Position numbers and translations under genes: made by a program
From: Asterias rubens
Taxonomy: Eukaryota
Length of the DNA: 64,000 bases
NCBI RefSeq assembly: GCF_902459465.1
Contig: NC_047082.1
Coordinates: 8,680,001 to 8,744,000, forward strand
Reading direction: 5' to 3'
Part shown: piece after piece, positions 57,239 through 64,000 of the stretch
Position numbering within the stretch: position 1 is the first letter of the stretch
Layout of the letters: each line of letters opens with the position of its first letter
The notes under the pieces: generated by a model
What the model saw: the letters and a program-made list of their open reading frames with translations, nothing else
Database searches by the model: none
What the model was told of the DNA's origin: nothing

Positions 57239-60200
57239 TTAGCTGTCCGTTGACTTATAGTGATCATCATCTATCGTTGAGTAAATATGTCCCTCGTTGC
57301 TAAGAAACTCGAGTGCTTCTCTGTATAAAAGAAAACAAGAGAAAAGAGAGAAAAAAATGAGGACCACGATACAAGACATACGACTCGAGCTGCCTTCGAT
57401 AGGCTTGGACTGTCACTGATGTCTCACAAACATTCTTGTCTTTGATGCACTTTTGGAACTCCCTGAAACTGTGACACTTTCAAACTCACTTGGCATGTAG
57501 ACCGTATTGACTAACCCCTTTGTTGCTATGAAAATCGCCATATTGTAGGGCAAACCGTATGCGCCTCTTAGTGCGTACATCAAAGAAGCACGCAGCGTTC
57601 CCGGTTTGATTTCTACGGCACACGCACACGCTCTCAGGCGCCATGTGGTACGGCAGGTCTTTGAATGGTGACGTCATATTCAATACCGTCTATTCAAGAA
57701 CAGTTTAAAATCCTAAATGTAGTAATGGAGGTTTATCCTCCAGTCCTACTAACCTGATTTTATCTTGAGAAACTCGCTTCATGCTGGACGCTAGGTAGTT
57801 GACGCTTACTCCTTGGTCGTCGTTACATTCTGTGATGAGTTTATGAACCTAAACATAAAAAAGAAACCATGATTATCAGCGTGTCATGGTCGAGAGGAGT
57901 AGGTCTTATAATTCAAACGCGATCTCACATACCTTGTAGGAAAACACTGTATGTTAAAGCGCCTTGAGCGTCACTGAGAGACGGATATGCACTCCATATA
58001 AGAAGACACATATATTATTTACCTGTGATTGTGTGTCGTTAAGTCCATTCGATGGAGCGGCAGAAATGTAACCAGAGGTGCTTCCCATTCCGCCCTTTGC
58101 CGGTGTCATACTGCCTCCAAAATCACCGTTCGCCTGCTATGAAACAAACATCGAAACAAACCTTTAGATTTATGATGTCAAAATTGGGTTAGGTCTGGGG
58201 CTCAAGTAATTCATTGCTCAATAAGTTTGGTGTGATATTTCAGATGGTTTTGGTTTGAACAAAGACAATTTTAATAGAGTGGGATTCGAACCAACGACCT
58301 CTGGATTAACATGCCGGCGCTCTACCAACTGAGCTATCCAGCCCTATGTTGACGATCTCCAGATTTTGTCAATATCTTTGTTCAAGGGTGCCAGTCAGAA
58401 GCCATACGACTGTTAACTGCCGTGTAACCAGGGATCACACCTAAATATTTCAGATTCAGATTTTGAACTTCGAAGGGGTTTGTTCTTGTCCGTCTTACCG
58501 AGTGTTTCCTCTTAGTCAGAAGCATGTGTGTGTGAACCGTCTCCAGCATGTGTAGTGTCAGATCATTCATGTCTGTGATTGGTTTGATCTTGAACGGTGC
58601 GATGCTCCTCTTCCCGCCGAACGTCCGGATGTTTCCAATTACTTTGACGTAGGTGTTCTCACCGAGTACATTCGGCTGAACCTGTTCTTCTGCGTTTTCC
58701 TTTGAAGTATAAACAAGAAACATTGTTATCCACTAATATTCGCTCAAATGTAACAAACGACCATGATATTGTGAAGCAATTTTACAGGCTATGTTGTTCC
58801 TTAACTGAACCTCGTACTAAGTAAGTTTATATTGCCAGTAATTATAATTTGTATTGCCAGTCATTACCAAAAATAAACCAGACCGATTACTACAGTTTTC
58901 TACCCCCTTCCTTCCAATATCACCATTGTACTCACATCACTTTCTACCCATTGTCTGACGTCCAATACGGGACCTGTCCTATCGTCTACTTTGTAAAGTA
59001 TGTTGGTTGCCGCCATCTCCACACTTCGAATTAGCCCAACGACTGACACCTGTAAGGTCAAGGGTCAAAAGGTAAGGTTCAAGTACACAATGCACAACTG
59101 AGAAAATATCAGAGGATAGTCCAGGGCTCAAGTTTCTAGAAAACTGCCTTCGGGAAAACACAGGACAGTAGGATCTCTGGACGCTGGCCAGCGGGTCAAG
59201 AACGTTAAAAAATAAGGACACAAAAAACAATGGCCTTTTACCTGATATATCTCCACCTCTCCGATTTTGAAGTGATCATCAATCTGTGTTGCTTGAAGGA
59301 TTTGTGCGATGGTACAAGGAATGAGATTCTGAACTCTTTTACCCTAAACAAAAGAAAAGTAAAAAAAAAAAAAGTAATAAATAATGACACTGAAACATTT
59401 ATTGTTTCAGTCACAGTTTCAAATTTTATAGCGCCGTTTCAGAGGAACAAATTTGTGAGGGAAATTAAGTGGGAGGCAGCCATACACAGGCTCGTAAAGT
59501 TAGATCTGAAATCTAACAAACCTTTGCAGTAACTCTTTGTATACACATGGCACGGGTTACCTTAGTCTGTAGTGGTAACCAAAATTAGTAGTTGGGTTTG
59601 TGCTTTTATAGCTCAGTTAAGTCGCGACTATTTGAGGCACGGCTAGTGGAGTAATAAATTTCACTAGTCGCCCGGGCTTAGACATGGGATAGCTGAAGGT
59701 GGAGAGAGCGGGAGGGGGACTCGGGTGTCAAGTAAAAGCCATGTATGTACCTTAGTTCCTCCGCCAGTAGATGGTGAACTCAACTGTCCTGCATTACCTC
59801 CTTGTGATTGATAGTAACCACCGCCCTGACTGCTCTGACCTTGGTCTGAGAAACCACCTGTGTGGGAAGTTTCAAGAAAAAAAAGACTTAGTACAGTCGT
59901 CTTCCGCTACCTATACGAACTCGGGCCTTTGTCTTTGCTTTGCTTTGCGACGAGTGAATTGTGTTCTGCTGCTGACTGAGTGCTGTCAAGTCCACCGCGG
60001 AACTTGGAAGATGTCATTGTCACCCTGTCACCTGTACGGCATGTTCTAATGATGGCGTAGCCGTATTTATTATTTAGAGTTTGCTAAACTTAAGTAAAGC
60101 CTAAGGAAAGATCATTGGGGCGTAGTCATGCCTCATGGTAGTGAGAACAAAAAATATGGGGAGACAGCTCCGTTTATTAGTATTACTAGTAGAATCAAAT

Positions 60201-60692
60201 GTATGTAGACAGTAGGTAGTGTCCACCGAAAGGAGGCCGTTATTTAGGGCTAGCACAGCAGCACACAGGCACATCCATGACTGACACACTGACAGTGACA
60301 CAGGCCTCAGCACAGCCATGACGACAGCAGATAATCATTTCAATTTTCATTCAAATATCAAACAAGATTTTGCACACACAAAAAACACCAAAAAAACACA
60401 CACAGAAGTTTAGCAACCCAGCATGCTTCAATTAAACAAAGCATACTTCAGAAAACAAACAACGACCCTACCATGATCACAAACAGTGACGATAATGACA
60501 TTTCAATGGTACTGTCTGACTGACATTTCAATTAAAAACAATACCCTCTATTGTCCGGAAATTGGCCCACTTAACAAAACGTTGTTTGAAAACACCATAA
60601 AGTTCCCACATGTTTTTCTCCAATTAAAAATAGTGATTTATCCACCGAATAGATAATATGCATACAAAATTACCTCCTTGGTTGTTCCACAT
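57239..60692 (-). CDS. RPA2: Replication protein A 32-kDa subunit, 8 exons, 277 aa
   Basis: Exons (minus) 60692-60674 (MWNNQG), 59857-59751, 59343-59242 ([10 protein letters not shown]), 59049-58936 (VSVVGLIR...YKVDD...DVRQW), 58699-58499 ([12 protein letters not shown]), 58136-58023, 57848-57754, 57320-57239 ([26 protein letters not shown]). Phase-consistent, 834 nt. Confidence 0.96.
57498..57692. mobile_element. 195-bp element with TAGAC...GTCTA termini in RPA2 intron 7 (probable MITE; structured RNA not excluded)
   Basis: TAGACCGTATTGA / TCAATACCGTCTA (12/13 complementary) plus internal stems; same terminal pentamers as the 40134-40355 MITE. Confidence 0.45.
58240..58380 (-). mobile_element. 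tRNA-derived SINE in RPA2 intron 5 (related fragment ~52405-52520)
   Basis: Minus strand GGATAGCTCAGTTGGTAGAGCG...GGTTCGAATCCCACTCTA; acceptor and anticodon stems do not close; shared body TTGTCTTTGTTCAA.CC. Confidence 0.7.
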
Positions 60693-60779
60693 TTTCTTCT
60701 CAGATTTCTCTAGAACAATGGATGATAAAGATGAATTTTAACGTAAGCCTTTCCACGATCTCTACGGACACAACGCAGT

Positions 60780-60875
60780 TTGAGTTCGCGGGGTTCAGCA
60801 ATATGGCGCGCCATGTCCGGACCAATCATCCAATCACAGCCCCCGTTAGAAGAGCTCTTTGAAATTTGCATATTT
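60780..60875. promoter_or_regulatory. RPA2 proximal promoter
   Basis: TTCGCGG, palindromic ATGGCGCGCCAT (E2F/YY1-like), two CCAAT boxes at ~60822-60835, octamer ATTTGCAT at 60864-60871. Confidence 0.55.
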
Positions 60876-61569
60876 AGAACGGACACTTACTGCTGAAAAT
60901 GTACTAAAACACAAACATTTTGCAATTCAAAATCACACAAAATAATGAGGTTAGTTATATCAGTCCATAAGATCAATAATTTATTCCAAAGCTTTTAATA
61001 TGAAAGTTGACAAAAGTTGAAAACGGTCGGCTTATTAACCCCATCCATCCCACATCAACTACACGTAGACAATGTTTTTAAGGCACGACACATTTTTTTT
61101 AATATAATCGCGATCGGAATGAGGTCAAGGCTCACACATCATAAACAAAGTTAAAAATTCATTTTTACTTCCAACCAGTTCTAGTAAGCATTGCCAGTAT
61201 CTGAACAGAGTTCCTCACAGCTTTTGCAACTGCCAAGAGGTAAGTTAAAAGTACGATTACTGCCGTAAAAACGAGAAATAATGAGCTATGTAACTAGCTA
61301 GGTCCGCAGGATTGTTTTGGTAAATCGTGCGATGTAAACAAGTGCACGTGCTGAATGCGTGACCGAATTTCTATTATGGATCTAACTGGCGCCGTTAGTT
61401 TGTGCACAGAGAACACGTAATCCATGGGCGGGCCGGGTAATCAACGACTGAAGAAACCAGAAAGGGAAGGTTGGGCTCGCTTTACGGCCCCATGCGTTAA
61501 ATCATTTTCCGTATTTTTACACACACCAGGATTGAACTAAAATATAATTGCTATTGTCTTTGTGGATAA

Positions 61570-61692
61570 CTTTCCGTATGGCGCCACCACTTTTTCACTC
61601 ATTTTTACAAAAAGATCATTGAGGTAAATAATATACTATATTATTTCATATCGGATGAAAAAGTGGTGGCGCCATACGGAAACTTTTCCAAG
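61570..61692. mobile_element. Short inverted-repeat element (TTTCCGTATGGCGCCACCACTTTT arms); composite copies at ~13500-13780
   Basis: TTTCCGTATGGCGCCACCACTTTTTCA / TGAAAAAGTGGTGGCGCCATACGGAAA; shared interior with 13521-13775. Confidence 0.7.
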
Positions 61693-64000
61693 AGTTTTTG
61701 TTGGAATGGGTAAAATGTTATATTCATCTACATTAATAATATAACAGGACTTCCCATTTTTCAATATTTTAATATTTTTTTATGTCAATGACAATAGATT
61801 TTAAAAACGTTTTTGTGTAGCCTTCTGTTTATCATAATTTCAACGCCTGGTTTCAAATCTGTATATTTTATCTTTTTCAGTTTTACTTGTTTGTCTGCCT
61901 ACACTACCCTGTTTTTAAATTGTTTTAATTGTACAATATATTCCAAGTTGAATTTAATTTAATTCAATTTAATTTTGATTTATTTGTAATTGTATTGTAC
62001 AGTAGTAACAAAATGTACCATACGTACTGACAATTTTTTTACAATTTTTATTGCAGAATTTTACTTGATTTTTGCATTTACTCCCAAGTTTTTGATTGAA
62101 CTATGGACCATAGACCATGTAGTAGGTGCATAGAGTAGGGAGTCTCCACCCTTGCTCTATAGGCATGAACTGATGGAGGAATGGTTGAAGATAAGGTCTG
62201 CCTGTGACTGTGAACTTCTTGAATCCCTTAAATTTCTCATGAGTTCTTTGTTTTTCAAGAATAAGTGGATCTATATAATGTGAATTTTGTTAGTGTTTTT
62301 ATTTCAATTGAAATAATTTGTTTACGTTGACCATTATTTTAAGCTGTTTCCGAAAATGAAACTTGCCCTCAAGGCAATAGGCCTATTATTATAAGCAAAC
62401 ATCTGTCAACCATCCGTTTAAGGTACCAGCAACTTTTCATTTATAAAATGGAGGGATTATTTACAAAGTCAAGTTTTTTTAGAATCCAGCCAGCAGCCTT
62501 CCTTTTTCTGAAGCTTGTTTTTCCTCACCAAAAAGTATTTCCACTGCTTGTGTTTTAAAACCAGTATCCTATAAGGGGTTTGTGTGAGTTGTCATTTTAA
62601 ATGTCAACTTAACTCACACTAAAAACAGGTGTGCTACCATTTTAGTAATTGAGATAATGACTACTGAGAGGGTGGAAGTGTGAGGCCATTCAGTTTGTTT
62701 TTACTCTAAGCCCTTTTGGTTGAAAGACACTGCTCTAGTAGAATTTTAAAGGCCGTGGGTTTAAATCCCACCCGAGTAATATGCCTGTGATTTTTTCATA
62801 GAACTCTGTAAAGAACCGAGTTTACAGTGCTGTCACACAAGGGTAAAACCAAATTTAATATTCTTTATCCCCGATGTAAATTTCCATCCATTAACTCTTT
62901 TTCTTGTAACTTTAAACCACCCATAGTCTATTATTAAGGACCAGCCATGCATGAACTGCGTGTTCCAAAACAGATGGTTTCCTTTCTGTATCCTAGCTTT
63001 GTTGACGCAACTGCCAATGTTGTAAAACCAATTTACGTTTTTCTTTTTTCTATTGTTATCTGATATATGGCATATAAGATTTGTGTCAAATCTATTACCA
63101 AAAGCTCTCCAGATAATTTGTATTCCACAATTTTTCTGAAGTTCTCAAAAAGACAAAAAAAATCATTTTATAAGTTTAATAAAAAATAAATTTAAAAAAA
63201 ATTAATTTTTTTTTAAAGGGTACAAATAATATTCTATGATCCTTTGTGGTGCAGAAAGTGTGGTGTCATTGGTCGAAAAAACCCAAAAATACACTGTTTT
63301 CAATCAATGCATTTTAACTTGAAGAACAAATAAAATTGTGATTAAAATTGTTTAAAATTTGACGAAATTACTTTAAAAGGTGGAAGAGCTTATTTGGGAA
63401 GCTTGATCTCTTTCCTGTTGATTTTGAATTGACTAATTTTTTCTCACTAAAAATGAACAGCCAAAAACCTAATTGCAATACAATGTAGTGTATTGGTAAC
63501 AGTTAATGGATTTCATCATTATTATTACTCTAATAAATCAGTTTATACGTTGAATGCCATAGGATCAACACAGTTATTCAAATTCATTCAATCATTCATT
63601 CATGACGTCTGTTGGATGTCATTTGTTCAAAACCTTGGGGCTCCTTGCCTCACTGCCAAGATGATGCAACCCTACTCTGAGGCCTAAACTCTACCTGAAC
63701 TGGAACAGTCAAACATAGAATGTTAAAAAAATGCGCCCCCAGTGTCAGGTTGAGACAGGCAGTAATTATTAATGTATACAGCTGACATTTATAAATGGCA
63801 AGACTTTGTGTGTGGTGCTGCTGCTGATGTAGAAACTAGTAGCAAAAGATGATGCAATCTTGTTTTTGTTGGCCAGTGTGTGTGTTTATGCATGGTTTAT
63901 GCAAACCAAGGACTTTATAAATTGAACAAAGACATGAAGGTCATTCTTGGGGGTGTGTGTATGGGTGATGAAATGGGGGGGGGGGGTTACTGGTAGGCAA

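Noticed and set aside
57630-57680. SECIS-like ATGA-N11-AAA...TGAG
   Set aside because: Helix II has mismatches, helix I is absent, and it lies in an intron rather than a selenoprotein 3' UTR.
57486-57683. 65-aa ORF in RPA2 intron 7 as an extra exon
   Set aside because: RPA2 is complete without it; no recognisable domain; coincides with an inverted-repeat element.
58290-58350. tRNA gene (also at 32360, 18790, 31040)
   Set aside because: A/B boxes are present but acceptor and anticodon stems do not pair, and shared SINE bodies follow.
59120-59165. U7 snRNA-like CAAGTTTCTAGAA, or snoRNA in RPA2 intron 3
   Set aside because: No 5' HDE-complementary segment or stable 3' hairpin; no C box or H box on the sense strand.
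63630-63700. Possible terminal exon of a minus-strand gene (VQVEFRPQSRVASSWQ*)
   Set aside because: Too short to identify, and the upstream exons would lie outside the window.

Overview
Eukaryotic (animal) genomic DNA, AT-rich, intron-rich and dense in MITEs and tRNA-derived SINEs. The histone 3' signals and repeat families look echinoderm, probably sea star; this is inference from recall and was not verified. Six protein-coding genes were reconstructed by hand from splice signals and reading frame: (1) a solitary replication-dependent histone H1 (+, 1341-1988) with stem-loop and HDE; (2) a secreted tandem C-type lectin-domain gene (+, 6 exons, 2910-7631, 3' end unresolved); (3) a PAQR / membrane progestin receptor-like gene with a single coding exon (+, 16400-17398); (4) cytosolic acetyl-CoA synthetase ACSS2 (+, 16 exons, 27452-52029, 698 aa); (5) an intronless aminergic-like GPCR nested antisense in ACSS2 intron 5 (-, 36143-37162); (6) RPA2 (-, 8 exons, 60692-57239, 277 aa). 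The most striking feature is a ~7 kb minisatellite (about 127 copies of a 54/55-bp unit) filling ACSS2 intron 13. Its unit is the gene's own 3' splice site (branch point-like motif, pyrimidine tract, AG, first exon bases), and the array ends exactly at the real acceptor. No CRISPR array, rRNA or bona fide tRNA gene was seen.
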